From Guillardia theta CCMP2712 (lineage: Eukaryota > Protista > Cryptophyta): 64,000 nucleotides of DNA. Below the pieces are notes generated by a model, which made no database searches, was not told the origin of the DNA, and saw only the letters and a list, made by a program, of their open reading frames with translations. The stretch spans positions 176,103 through 240,102 of the forward strand of contig NW_005434647.1 of the NCBI RefSeq assembly GCF_000315625.1, read 5' to 3'. The position numbers and the translations under genes are program-made. Positions 12,184-24,360 of the stretch are shown piece by piece. Numbering within the stretch: the first letter of the stretch is position 1; each line of letters begins with the position of its first letter.

Positions 12184-12283
12184 GATGCCGGCTCAGCAAG
12201 CTTCGGCGGCATCGCATACGGAGCGCGCAGGCGCTAACATAGCGCAAGTTGTACAATGCCAGGGCCACGTATCCGATGATTGA
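10736..12283 (+). CDS. Cys-rich type I membrane/surface protein, copy B (multi-exon)
   Basis: Near-identical to copy A. Lacks 12 codons of the GYY-repeat segment and ends TKPAMPAQQASAASHTERAGANIAQVVQCQGHVSDD*. Confidence 0.75.
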
Positions 12284-12289
12284 ATAGCA

Positions 12290-13460
12290 CACTGTCGGAG
12301 AGCTGAGACTGACAGTGAGAGTCAGAGTCACAGTCATTGAAGCCTAGCAAGAGTCTGGGCCGCACAGTGCCCCGGGCCCGCCAATTAGGCTACTAGTGAC
12401 TATACCTGCCGCAACCGTCCGGTTGCCAGCCTCCTGCCAGTTCAAGCTTTGACACCGTCCGTGACTCGCACTGACCATCGGACTTTAACTTACTAAGTTT
12501 ACTTTGAGTAAAGGATTTTCCTGGAACCGGTGACCGGCCACCGCCGTTCAAAGTCCGAGGCTGTCCGAGTTCTGACAGTGAGTCCGACACGCGGGCACTG
12601 CGGCTACCCGCGGGCCGGGGCCGCGCGGCAGCGCGGTGTTGAACGGTTGAACGGTCCCGGAGTCCGATCCGCTGACAGTCGCGGCCGGGCACCGTGCCAC
12701 TGGCAAGTTCACCGTTGCCGGCGATTTAGCCTACTATGGCACGGTACGCCGCGCGGTCCTTGGCGCGGCCCCCGCACGGCGCCCGGTTGCCAGTGCCAGG
12801 GGCCCGGGCCAGTGCCCCGCCCGGGGGCCGCCGGACGGCCGCCGGCCGCCCGGCGCTCGGCCGCCGCCGCGGGGCCGCGGCGAAGCCTGCAAGCTGGAGC
12901 TCCCGGCCGCCCGCCCGCCACTCAAGCGATCCGGGATCATCCGCCCGGATGATGAGATCGCCGAACTCGATCTGTCGGACTGGGCTGGCCCGAATGACGG
13001 GAGTCACCTCCGCCGCCCGGCCGTCACCGGGCCCACCCCCAGTCCTCGTTTTTTTTTTTCGGGGCGCGGACCAGTCACGCGGCGGCCGTACGGTCGGGAC
13101 CGGCTGCTGAGTGGCTGGCGCACTGGCAACATGGTTGACTGACTCGTGAGTCTCACCTGGCACTGCACTCGGATGGCCCGCCGCCGGGCATCCCGGCCGC
13201 CGGGCGGCGGCCGGGCTGCCGCGGCGGCCCGCCGGCGGCCCGCCGCCGGGCACACGGTCGCCGCGCCGCGAGTTCCCGGCCGCGGGCATTTTGATGCGGC
13301 GCTCAGTCAGTGAGACATGGGCGCCGTGATTGACTCTGTGAGTGCCAGGAGGACTCCCCGGAGCGGCTCAGTGCCGCGGGCCCGGGGCGGCCTGTCGGAT
13401 CGGACTCGGGACCGTCCAGCGGAACGGTCCGACGATCGCCGGTCCGATCCGGGCCCTGTC
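12290..13460. repeat. GC-rich palindromic-word island (non-coding)
   Basis: Dense CCGG, CGGCCG, GGGCCC, GACTC/GAGTC, CCGATC and GTTGAACGGTTGAACGG words; the ORFs are G/P/R/A-rich noise. Confidence 0.6.
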
Positions 13461-14399
13461 TGTAACGTCATTTGTAACTGTCGAACAGATCATCCACGTC
13501 ACAGGATGGAGCTTGTGGGTAGGGTCTGAAAGGGACCCGTACCCATCCCTGACATTGACTTGGACTTGGTAGGGGTACATCACGATGAAGGTGTAGGCTG
13601 CGATGAGAACCGGGCGGTGAAACTTGGTTATAGTGTGGGGTCAGAGAAAAAAAAGATCCTAAAGGGTGGGTTATCTATTATACAAAGAGAGGGTAGGGGT
13701 ATATGCAAGGTGGGTAGCAATAACGAAGAATATAGAATTGATGAGGTAGGGTAGTCGTACTCTCGTACACTAGGGGTAGAAGAAATACCAAAAGGGGGGT
13801 TATATGAGGGACAGGCATTGGTAGGGTAAGGGGATTATAGGGGGTGGATTTGCCAGTGGGGTAGTCTGAGGGGTGGTCGTCTGTGAGCGTGGGGTAAGCG
13901 CGGCTGCGTGGCAATGCAGCACTTGAAGGGATGGCAGGGAAGGGGAAGAGGAAGGGAGGGAGAGGGAGGGAGAGGGAGGGAGGGAGGGATAGGGAGAACT
14001 AAGAGGAAGAGGAGAAGAAGAGGAGCGGAAGATGTAGCAGAGCACACACGAGGACAGAGAAAAGATGCATTAATACATGCACTTTCAGTCATGTAGTTCC
14101 TGCATATCAGAGTTCGCAAATCAATTTTATATGCCGTTTCATTCGGAAATTGAGAACATCGATGAGCAGCAGTTGATAGGTGGGGGGAAACCTCATTGAA
14201 AACTTCGGTATGCATTGGACTTGTTTCCCGCATACCCAAAGATAGATCGTTCTCGCTGATTTGTCAGTTATGATATACCCCCGCTTCCTTTCCCTGTTTC
14301 CTTCTCTTGATCTCACTTGACGGTTTGTTTTAGGATTTGTCTCTTGCTCGACTTCTAAAGGCAGGAAACATCTTGCCTGCATCTGGCTAAGAGCAGAGA

Positions 14400-16673
14400 A
14401 TGGATTTCCACGCCATGGAGGAAGCGGACGGAGTCCGTTTCAGCTTCACGATCTGGCCGACGAGCAGACTTGAAGCTACCAGATGCGTCGTGCCCTTGGG
14501 TTGTCACTACTCCCCGTTGAAGAAGATCGCGGATAGTCCTCCTCCTCTTCCCTACGAACCGATCTTCTGCAAGGGACCTTGCCGCGCTGTGTTGAACCCG
14601 GCATGCCAGGTGGATTACAGGAACAGGATCTGGATCTGTCCCTTCTGCGCCACCCGCAATCACTTCCCTCATCATTACGCTGACATCAATGAGACAAATC
14701 TTCCTGCTGAGCTGATCCCTCAGTTCACCACGATCGAGTATCAGCTTCAGCGCCCGTTCGCCCCACCCCCCGTGTTCCTACTGGTCGTGGACACCAGCGT
14801 GAAGGAGAAGGAGCTCATGGCCCTTAAGGACTCCCTCCTGATGGCTCTCAACCTGATCCCCGAGAATGCTAGGATCGGGCTCATCACCTTCGGTGCTACC
14901 GTGCAAGTGCACGAGATCGCGAGCCAGGAGATGCCCAAGTGTTATGTTTTCCGAGGGACCAAAGATGTTAATACGCAGATCGTACAAGACTTCCTCGGCC
15001 TGGGGCCTCGGGGTATGAAGGGTGCAAACCCAGACATGATCACTCGGTTCATTCAGCCTTACAGCGAGTGCGAGTTCTCCTTCACTGGGATCCTTGAGGG
15101 GCTGGAGCACGACCCCTGGCCAGTCAAGATCGAGCACCGTCCTCTTCGCTGCACGGGGGCAGCGCTTGCAGTCGCTGCGGGCCTTCTGGAGTGCAGCAAC
15201 CCCAACAATCCCAGCAGAATCATGATGTTCCTGGGTGGCCCTTGCACCGAGGGACCTGGGCAGGTTGTGGGGGTGGAGAAGGAGGAGCCCATGCGTGGCC
15301 ACTCGGACATTGACAATGACTCGGTGAAGTGGGCAAAGAAAGCGACCCAGTTTTACAATAGCATTGCGCAGAGGTGCGTGCAGAACGGGCATGTGATTGA
15401 CATCTTCGCATGCGCTCTGGATCAGTGCGGTGTGCACGAGATGAAGGCCTGCGTTGAGAAGACCGGAGGATCGATTGTACAGACTGACACGTTCAGCAAC
15501 GTGATCTTCAAGGAGTCGTTCAAGAGGATTTTCGCTCGTGACGAGGAGAACAACCTCAAGATGGCCTTTAATGCCGAGCTGGACGTGATCACCTCTAGAG
15601 AGTTCAAGGTCGCTGGAGCCATCGGTTGTTGCGCGAGTCTGAATAAGAAGACTCCGTTCGTGGCGGAGACCGAGATAGGGCAGGGAGGGACTAGCGCGTG
15701 GAAGATATGCGGTCTTCATCCAGGCACCTCAGTCTCCATCTTCTTCGAAGTGACGACTCAGCACACTCAGCCGATCCCCCCGGGCCAGCTGCGCTACACT
15801 CAGTTTCAGACCCACTACATCCACAGCACCGGACAGCACCGGCTGCGCGTGACGACCCTTGCGCAGAGCTGGGCGACGGCGGAGAGCACGACAGAGAACA
15901 AGCTCGGGCCACATGGATGGATGGAAGTTGCCTCCTCCTTCGACCAGGAAGCGACTGCTGCTCTCATGGCTCGCTGGGCGGTGCACAAGGCAGAGACGGA
16001 GGAATCGTTCGACATCCTGCGATGGTTGGACCGCAAGCTCATCCAGCTGTGCCAGAAGTTTGCTGAGTACAGGAAGGACGACGCCTCGTCCTTCCGCCTC
16101 GCCCCCAACTTCTCGATATACCCTCAGTTCATGTTCAACCTTCGCAGGTCTCAGTTCCTGCACGTGTTCGGCAGCTCTCCTGACGAGACGGCGTTCTTCC
16201 GCATCTACCTCCTCAAGGAGGGGACGACCAACATGACCTTGATGATTCAGCCCTCTCTCCTTGCCTTCTCCTTCAACCATCCTCCAGGCCCCGTCCTCCT
16301 GGATGTCAGCAGCATCGCTCCTGACCGCATCCTGCTCCTGGACACCTACTTCAACGTCGTCCTGTTCCACGGAGAGACGATTGCGGAGTGGAAGCGGCAG
16401 AAGTTCCAGGAGAATCCAGAGTATGTTTCTTTCAAGCAGCTGCTAGAGGCTCCTCAAGAGGAGGCCAAGGAGCTGATGCGGGACCGTTTCCCGTACCCTC
16501 GTTTCGTTGACTGTGACCAGCACGGTTCGCAGGCTCGCTTCCTGCTCTCCAAGGTTAACCCTTCCTCCACTCACAACCAGCAGGTGGGAGGGGTTGGCGA
16601 GATCGTGCAGACAGACGACGTGAGCTTTCAGACGTTCATGGAGTACTTGCAGAGGTTGACAGTGCAGTCATGA
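14400..16673 (+). CDS. SEC23: COPII coat subunit Sec23, 757 aa, single coding exon
   Basis: [11 protein letters not shown], Zn finger CRAVLNP...[58 protein letters not shown]. Confidence 0.98.
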   Translation: MDFHAMEEADGVRFSFTIWPTSRLEATRCVVPLGCHYSPLKKIADSPPPLPYEPIFCKGPCRAVLNPACQVDYRNRIWICPFCATRNHFPHHYADINETNLPAELIPQFTTIEYQLQRPFAPPPVFLLVVDTSVKEKELMALKDSLLMALNLIPENARIGLITFGATVQVHEIASQEMPKCYVFRGTKDVNTQIVQDFLGLGPRGMKGANPDMITRFIQPYSECEFSFTGILEGLEHDPWPVKIEHRPLRCTGAALAVAAGLLECSNPNNPSRIMMFLGGPCTEGPGQVVGVEKEEPMRGHSDIDNDSVKWAKKATQFYNSIAQRCVQNGHVIDIFACALDQCGVHEMKACVEKTGGSIVQTDTFSNVIFKESFKRIFARDEENNLKMAFNAELDVITSREFKVAGAIGCCASLNKKTPFVAETEIGQGGTSAWKICGLHPGTSVSIFFEVTTQHTQPIPPGQLRYTQFQTHYIHSTGQHRLRVTTLAQSWATAESTTENKLGPHGWMEVASSFDQEATAALMARWAVHKAETEESFDILRWLDRKLIQLCQKFAEYRKDDASSFRLAPNFSIYPQFMFNLRRSQFLHVFGSSPDETAFFRIYLLKEGTTNMTLMIQPSLLAFSFNHPPGPVLLDVSSIAPDRILLLDTYFNVVLFHGETIAEWKRQKFQENPEYVSFKQLLEAPQEEAKELMRDRFPYPRFVDCDQHGSQARFLLSKVNPSSTHNQQVGGVGEIVQTDDVSFQTFMEYLQRLTVQS

Positions 16674-17029
16674 TCGGGAGGAGGGAGGAGGGACAGTGAG
16701 GGGAAGTTCACTTTTGGTGGAACTGTTGGAGTTCATGGTTGCCTGCTCCAAGGACACGAGGAGCGTGCGAGATGATACGACTTTCAATAAACGATCATCA
16801 TCTGCATGATGCTGCATGCGTTGAGGACTGACGATACTTCAGCCTCCCACACCCAACCACCTCGAGCACGTGCACACCGTCACCCCCTGCCGTACTTGAT
16901 CTTCCCCTCTTCCTGCCTGGCTCTCTGGCTGCCTGCCTATCTCTTCTCTTGATTTTCTCGCAGGTCTAGAAGGGCCGTTGATTGACGTATCCTCCTTCTT
17001 TGGTCTGCAGCTGCTCGCCTGCATCATGG

Positions 17030-20000
17030 TTACCTTGAGGGCGAGGAGGCAGCGGCAGCGTCACCGTCCCACACAGGAGGGTCCCAGGACGTCGTCCTGT
17101 CGTTGTGGTTGACGTAGTAGACTTGCCCGTCAGCTGTCAGCTGCTGCTCCCAACCAGGAGGAAGCTGCGGCGAGGACGAGGGAGCACGTGAGTACACGAG
17201 GAGGCCGCAGGGTTCTCATTACCTTGACGTTCTGTGTCGGTGGAGCAGCAGGAGGTGGAGGCGCCGCAGCGGGCGCAACGGCAGTCGCGACATGAGTGGC
17301 AGCTTGCTCTGAGTGAGCTGAGAAACTTGGAGGCTGAGGAGCAGGGCGCTGGGGCGGTAGTGCCATCTGTAGGGTGGGAGCCGATCCCGCTTGCACTACG
17401 CCTTGCACCTTGAGAGAGAATGAGCGGGAGAGAAGGAAGAGGAAGGACAGCAATACCAGATGCGAAGGAGGAGGATTGGAGGGAGGAGCGAAAAAGGGAG
17501 TCGGCTGCATGGCCTGCGGAAGGATGAGGATGATTGGGAGCAGCGAGGAGGGAGTGGCACCTCTGCAATTCCTACGACAGGCTGAGCAGGAGCAGCTGAA
17601 ACAGGAGCTGCTGGGACAGGATGAGCAGACGCACAAGGAGATCTTGTCACGTTGGCTCCTCACCTGAGAAAGATGGAGCAGCATGCGCGGACGAGGAGGC
17701 GCCTGGCGACATTTCCGCACGTGCGAACTCGGCTGGGACAATGGGTCACGAGGACGAAGCGAGGGAGTGGAAGACGGAGAAGAGGGCAGAGAGAAGCAAA
17801 GGTCCACGGGATGGACAAGAGAAAGAAGAGAAGAAGGTGGATGTGGTGTGTGATGGTGGAGGAGGTGCGGGTGCCAGACCTGCCAGTTGCCTCGCGTACT
17901 CCTCGTCCTTGGAAGTGTCAGGAGTGGCTCGGGAGTAGCTGAACGTCTGCACAGGAGCCACGGGGATGGCTGTTTGCACTGCGGGGACGTCAGATGCTTC
18001 TTGAGCGCGATGAGACTATTCCACGTCCTACCAGGAACAGCGGCGACGGCAGCAGCAGGAGCAGCAGGAGCAGGGGCACCTTGGGCGCATGCTTCGGTGA
18101 TGGAGGAGAGGAGGTCCTCCTTTTGGATGTCTCGTGCGACCCGAAAGTCTTCGGCTCGCGATCGCAGCTTATTCACCTAAAGGCTTCAATCAGAGGGAGA
18201 GGCGGTGGGTGGTTGGAGGACGCGGGAAGGGATGGGAGGAGAGGGAACATGGGAAGAGGAGGGGAGGGAGGGAGGGGAGGGAGAGAGGAGCAGGCAGGAG
18301 GCAGGAGGCAGGAGGCAGGAGGCAGGAGGCAGGAGGCAGGAGATTGCTGACCTTTTCTTGGGTTGCTGAATAGTAGGAAGCGCCTTCCCTGACGTAGTTT
18401 GAGACCTGTGGGGGTATCGCATTCACAAAACCGAACATTTTACCTCACCTTTACTCCCTCCCCCTCCCCCCTCCCCTCCCCTCCCCCCGTTCTCCTCTTC
18501 CTTCTCCTGCACCTCCGAGTATGCGTCGATGGCCTGCGAGATCTTGGTCAAAACAGCTTCTCTCCTGCTCATCTCCTCGTCTTGCTTCTGCTCTGACAGG
18601 AATTCGTCGATCTCCTTCTCGAGCTTCTGCATCAGCTCCTGCACAATCTTCTTGTTCTTCACAAACTCCTCACGCAACTGCGCATATCCCGCCAGGAGAT
18701 TGTCCATGGCCTCTGCCTGGGACTTCCCTCCAAGGATCAGGTTGCTCAACGTCTGAGGTGTCATCAGCACGAGGAAGGAGCCACGGCCTTGCCGCACCTT
18801 TACTGCATCCTCGCTCTCCTTCCTGCGGATGATGGAGCTTCGGATCTGCTCCCGGTGGGAGATCAAGTTCTCCACCTCCTTGATGATCAGCTTGAGCTTG
18901 GCGACGGCCTCCCGTGTCTTGATCAGCGCACTCTGCACTGACATGCACTCATACGCCCTGTCTCCTGCTCAAAGATTAGCAACTGGCCCCCTCTTCATCT
19001 CGTTCTAGGCTTTCCTCCTCCGGGTTCCTCGCCCTGTCCTCCCTTGTCTTGCCTTCAAGTCTGTTGCTTTCCCTCGCTTCACCTTCTTTACCCCACTATC
19101 TCCCTCATATTCCTGTCGCTTTTCATGTTACCCCTCTAATGCCTGCTATCCAACCTTCCCTTCTCACTTTCTTTATTTCTCCTTCAGCCCTCACCTGAGC
19201 CTGCAACCATCCCGTCGAGCTGCTCAGTGTTGAGGCCCAGCAGGTCCAGCAGCGAGCGCTTGGAGTCGATCTTCCCTGAGGCAGATACGATGAGCCCGGG
19301 GACAACACACCGCTCACTGACCTCGCACAATCTCGTCAGCATCGGCGGCGAGTTTGAGCTGTTTCTCGATCTCCTTCATGTCCTTCTTCAAGGGCTCATT
19401 GATGCTCGAGCTCAGCGATCGCGTCCATCTCACTCCGAACTTCTGCCTGTAGAAGGGAGCGAATCATTCTCCTGCCTCGCCGCCCGCAATCCCCCAGCAC
19501 CTTAGATCGCTGTCTGTTGCCTCCTCCTCCTCGATCACTCGCTTCGCTAGCTGGACGTTCCCTTGCACGTCCTCCTTCATCTCGAGGTTGAGCTGGAGGC
19601 ACAAAGGGAATAAGAACACATCGGCTGCTCCTGCAATCTCACACCTGGAACCTCTGCATCAACCCTCTCACTCCGTCCTGGGACTGGATGGCAGCGATTT
19701 TCTCCTTCAGGCGGTTGGGGAGACCTGGGCAAGTCGGTTGCTAAGGGAAACTTTTCTCCCCTCCGGACGAGAGGGCAATGAGAGCTACCTGGTTCGCTCA
19801 AGTCGCAGGCGTCAACTTGGGGAGTGATCGTTGAGAGCTTGTTGCGGAGGGCCTCAGTGTCGGCATTCATCTCTTGCACAATCTGTTTGCACACTCGTCA
19901 GCTGTCAAATCACCCAAACCCGCCACAACACAGCGAGCAACACGATGACTGCCCCCCCCCTTCCATTCCCCAATGTTTCCATTCCTCTTGCTCTGAATTT

Positions 20001-21623
20001 GTCTGCCGTCCTTTACGGCGTGTTTCTACCTGATTGCAGTATTCCTGTCGCTTTGATGCATATTGCGATGCAGCTTGCCGTACGGTATCAGGGACCAGAG
20101 CAGAGAACAAGTCGTAGCCGACAGCATCCTGCCCAGCACCATCAAATCAACTACCAAGATTGCCGCCTCTGCAGGATGGGTAGACTCGCTGGCAACGGGA
20201 CTTCGTTCGGTTCGGGGTTCATGTTCACATTCCCTCGATCACTAAAGGGCAGGGCCGGGCTACCTGGATGCTCGGCAGAGGCTCGCTCTGAACGACTTGC
20301 TTTGCCTCCGGGTCAGGCATCGCCTTCTCTTCTGGCATGTGGTAGATGGTCTGCCAACTTCACAGTCACCTCAAGCAGCCCTTCCTCCCAGTCCCTCACG
20401 TCGTTTTCTTTCTTTGCCTTGGCGATGAGCCCTTGCATCGTCGTGGTCTTCCCCTTCAGCTCCTTCTCTTTCGGGTTGTTCAACTTTAGTTTGCACGCCT
20501 GCTCCAACAACGAGTTCGCTGTGTGCAGATGCCCAATCTCCTGCCCTTTCTTCATCCCCTTCGCCTCCTGAAAACCAACAGCGCGACCGAATAGTCAGCT
20601 TCCAGCACTTCCTCCTTTCTCCTCCCGACCTCTTCCAGCCCGTTGGCCGCATGCACATGAGCCATGGACTTGAATGTGAACATTTCTTGCGCTGCCTCCC
20701 CGGCCCACGTGGTTCCCTTAAAGTGTTTCGCAACCTCCCCAGCTGTACGGCGCGTCAACTTTACCCAGCAGTGGTGTGACATGTTCACCCGTCAGCGCCG
20801 CATGCACCGAGGCGTAGAGATTGGCAACCCCGGCAGCCAACTTGGCAAGAAGTGACTCCTTCATCTTGTCATTGGCCGCCTGCAGTCTACGGTGAGCAGG
20901 AGGAGGAGGAGGAGGAGGAGGAGGCGAGTCCACCTTCTCATAGAAGCATCGCTGAGCATGCGCCAGGCAGAGGTTCTCCAACATGGTGCAGCAGTCCGAG
21001 GTCTGCACAGACTGCGTCACCGGAGACAAACTCGCATCGTCTCCAAGTCACCAGGTCTGTGCTGACAGCCCCATCAATTCTGCTCGAGTAAGCCTTCACC
21101 CCTGCGAAGTACCCAGCAGCCTTCTTGAACAATATCGAGGCCTGCTTCAAGTTCTCTTGACCGCCCGAGCTGTGCACTGTGTTGCCTTGGAAGGCCAGCA
21201 TGGCGCCAATGTTGAAGAGGACAGAGGAGATCTCTAGGGCAAGAGCCGTGCTGTTCATTCTTCCCTGGTTTGGCGAGAGGGTGGTGGGCCCTTTGAACGC
21301 ATCGATCCACGTGAAGACAAGACCAATCTGACTGAAGTCGATGCGCTTGTCCAGCAGGCACAGCTGCGCCCAGTAGCGAATGCTCACGTCGCAGTTGGCT
21401 GTCGTCGCTTCAGAGACATGAAGCGTCTGTCGGACATGGAAGGAGATCATCAGACCAAGCACATGGCACGAGAGTCGCATACCTGCGCGCGAAGTTCCGA
21501 GAGGTTCTTGATCGCCTCCTTCATCTCATTAGCTTCCTGTGCGCTGTAGTGCGTAGAAAAGAATTTCCCCATCCTCCCCTGGTAATCCACACCAAACGAC
21601 TTTTTCCTTGGAGGTATCAGCAT
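17030..21623 (-). CDS. BRO1/ALIX-family ESCRT adaptor: BRO1 domain, V (coiled) domain, UIM, Pro-rich tail and WW domain; many exons
   Basis: Start MLIPPRKKSFGVDY; FTWIDAF, LALEISSVLFNIGA, FKKAAGYF, CLAHAQRCFYEK and AKKEND motifs; KDEEYARQLA (UIM-like); LPPGWEQQLTADGQVYYVNHNDRTTSWDPP (WW). The 3' end is uncertain (could extend to 16839). Confidence 0.85.
18290..18341. repeat. (GGCAGGA)n intronic tandem repeat
   Basis: About 7 copies of a 7-mer. Confidence 0.85.
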
Positions 21624-23059
21624 CTTCCACCTAGTGTACCAACATCAGCCAAGCTTCGAAGAGCACTGGGACACTCATGGATTTACTTTCTTACAATCCT
21701 CTATCCGTACACCACTGCCACGCTAAGACCTTTCCAACAACTGTCCCACTCCAGATCGTTCTTGCAACCCTCCTTCACTTCTTCCCTCTCGCCATCGATC
21801 TCTACTTGAAGATTTCTTCATGTCTTACGGTCGAACGCTACTGACATCAACATCTTCCTCCTGATCCTCCTCCTCAGCATGAGTCCTCTTGCCCATGTGA
21901 ACGCATCTCTTCACTCTCCTCCCCCCCTGCTGGATTTCGATAGTTTTCTTGCAAGCTGTAGCTCCGCTACCACAGCGCCTCAACTACCCCACCCCCTATT
22001 TCAACATTTAGAGTACCCCTTCTCTGAAGGTTTGACCTGAACGAAGCACCCCCTTGATTGAGAGTACCCTATCGAAAAAACAGACCCCACTTTCTTAGCA
22101 AGATTGTACCCGTACTTTGATTGAGAAAGAGATCGAACTTCATATTCGTACCCTACCCTTTTGATAAACCACCCCTACCCCTTGAGCCTACCCAACCTAT
22201 CTTTGGGAGCAGTCTCATCCGAACAGATTTTTTCATCTGTCGTGACGCAAATGAATCATGAATCCCCAACAGAGTAGTTCCCTTCCTCCTCCTCCTCTCC
22301 TCTCCTCTCCTCTCCTCCTCCTCCTCCTCCGCCTCCTCCCCATTGATCCTCTGCCTTAGATCTGCTCCTTTTCATCGTCCTCCCTCCTGCTCTTCCTTTT
22401 CTCGATTTTTTTCTTCGCTCCGATTTTCCTCTCAGGGCTCAGCCGTGGAGGCTCGAAAGTTTCTTTGACGCTCTTCTCCCGAGCTTGAGATGGAGTTGCT
22501 CTGATCGAGCTCGAGTGCCGCAAGTAGCATCAGCCGATTCATCGATCATTGGCCACATGTTGTTGCTGCAAGAAAATTGCTTCACAATGAATTCGTGTAT
22601 TTTTTTTTTAAAAAAAAATGCATGATATACAAATTTTGTTTTGTTGGCAGATTTTTGTTTTGTTGCACAGATGATGATGAAGATCAAGATGAGAACATTC
22701 ATTCAACTAGAATGACAGTATACTATAACTTTGGATCTCAGCTCACCAAAAGTGCTCGTTGTCACGACACGGCTCGAAGAAAAGAGATTTGGCAGGCCCT
22801 TCATACATCCTCTACATCCTCCTGAAGACTGTGCGCTGGATTTCATTTGCCTATTTGATAATTGTTTGCTGTAAATGTAAAATTTTCACTATTTCATCAT
22901 TTCGACCACGCCCCTGTCTACAATCCCTCGTTTCATCTGGACATAATTAACCAAGGTTCTATGCTCATTTCCTGCGTGTACGATTATCTTCGTTCTTCAC
23001 TCCTCTAGAAGCAGGTTTTTGATCGGTGAGGGTGTCCATAACCTATCCGAAACTGCATC

Positions 23060-23370
23060 ATCTACTTCCTGTCCTATTCTGTATCTCCTCTTCCTCCCAC
23101 CCCTCCATCACCTCCTCTCTCTCCTCTTTCTCCTCTTGCTATTTCCTCCCCTTCCTGTCTCCTCCCCCCACCCCTCCTCTACCTCCTCTACCTCCTCTAC
23201 CTCCCCTACCTCTTCGTCCTCCTCGTCCTCCTCGTCCTCCTCTTTCTTTCTCCCCTCCTCTTGCTATTTACTCCCCTTTCTGTCTCCCCCCCTCCCTTCC
23301 GCCCCTTCCCCTCTCCTCTCCCTCCTCTGCTCCTCCCCCTCAAACGCTCCTCCTCCCTTCCATCCCCATC
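23060..23370. repeat. Polypyrimidine (C/T) low-complexity tract
   Basis: Almost only C and T, with cctcctcta/cctcgtcct units. Confidence 0.85.
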
Positions 23371-24360
23371 ATTTGCCTCAACGGTAACGACTCCAGGATA
23401 CCAGGGGTAGTGTCAGGGGTGGTACTGAATCATCACCGGTACTCCTAAAGAACTGAAAATGATTCTGTATAGTCTAGGTATTTCTTATATAATTCACTAT
23501 GAAAATCAAACGAGGTCTGAAGATAGATTAGAAATGGGTGGATGTGTTTCAATTTGGGTGGGTACATCGATCGTTGAGTGAGGGTAGGGTCAGCGCTGAA
23601 CGTTGAGAATGTCATGGGCAATGGAAACCGATGGCGGGAAGATAGAGCAGGAGGGGCAGCGCGATCAGCATAAGGATGCTGAGAATCTCCAGAACCATGA
23701 TCAACATGATAAGGATCGGGATAAGGGATTATGATGTGAAGAGAAGATTGCAGGGTATCAGGCATATCGAAGAGGGCATGTGGTGACGATGAAGCATCGC
23801 TCGTGTGACTTGTAGGGTGCTTCTAGGAATCATTGAGTTTGATGAAATATGCTATGTTATGCACAAGGCCGCAAGAAATTGTGTTGTTGAGTTTTCTTCA
23901 AGTAGTATTCTATTGTTTTGGGGAGGGGGGGATTTCAAGGATTCGTTCTCAAAAAAATATGCTATTTTCTGTTGTTTGTGGGCTCAACATCAGTCAACTG
24001 AATCGTGTTGCGAGTGTTTCTTGATGTTTTCTGATTGGAATCAATGTTAACGATGGCCAACAAAGATCTTGGCAAGTTATCATATCCTTCCGTGTTGTAG
24101 AGATGAAAGATGATTAGGCAGGAGGTCTCATCGAAGAAATGTGAGGATTTTGTTCTAGAATTATTTCAAGAGCAATGATAGGCAATAGAGTGGTCCCGAT
24201 GAAATCCAACATAAAGGAAAATCCACCAGAGACATGCTTGTCTTTCCCTTCATGTGCATTCAATCTGCTGATCCTGTTGTAGTTTTGAAAGGCTAAACCT
24301 CAGTCGAATCTTTCTCTTTTCTCCCTCGCTTTCATCTTTGCCCAGAACATCCTTCACGGG

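Noticed and set aside
12393-13572. Overlapping G/P/R/A-rich ORFs in GC islands (also at 43.3-43.7, 57.3-57.7 and 62.6-63.5 kb)
   Set aside because: Expected from stop-codon scarcity at very high GC; no domain signal.
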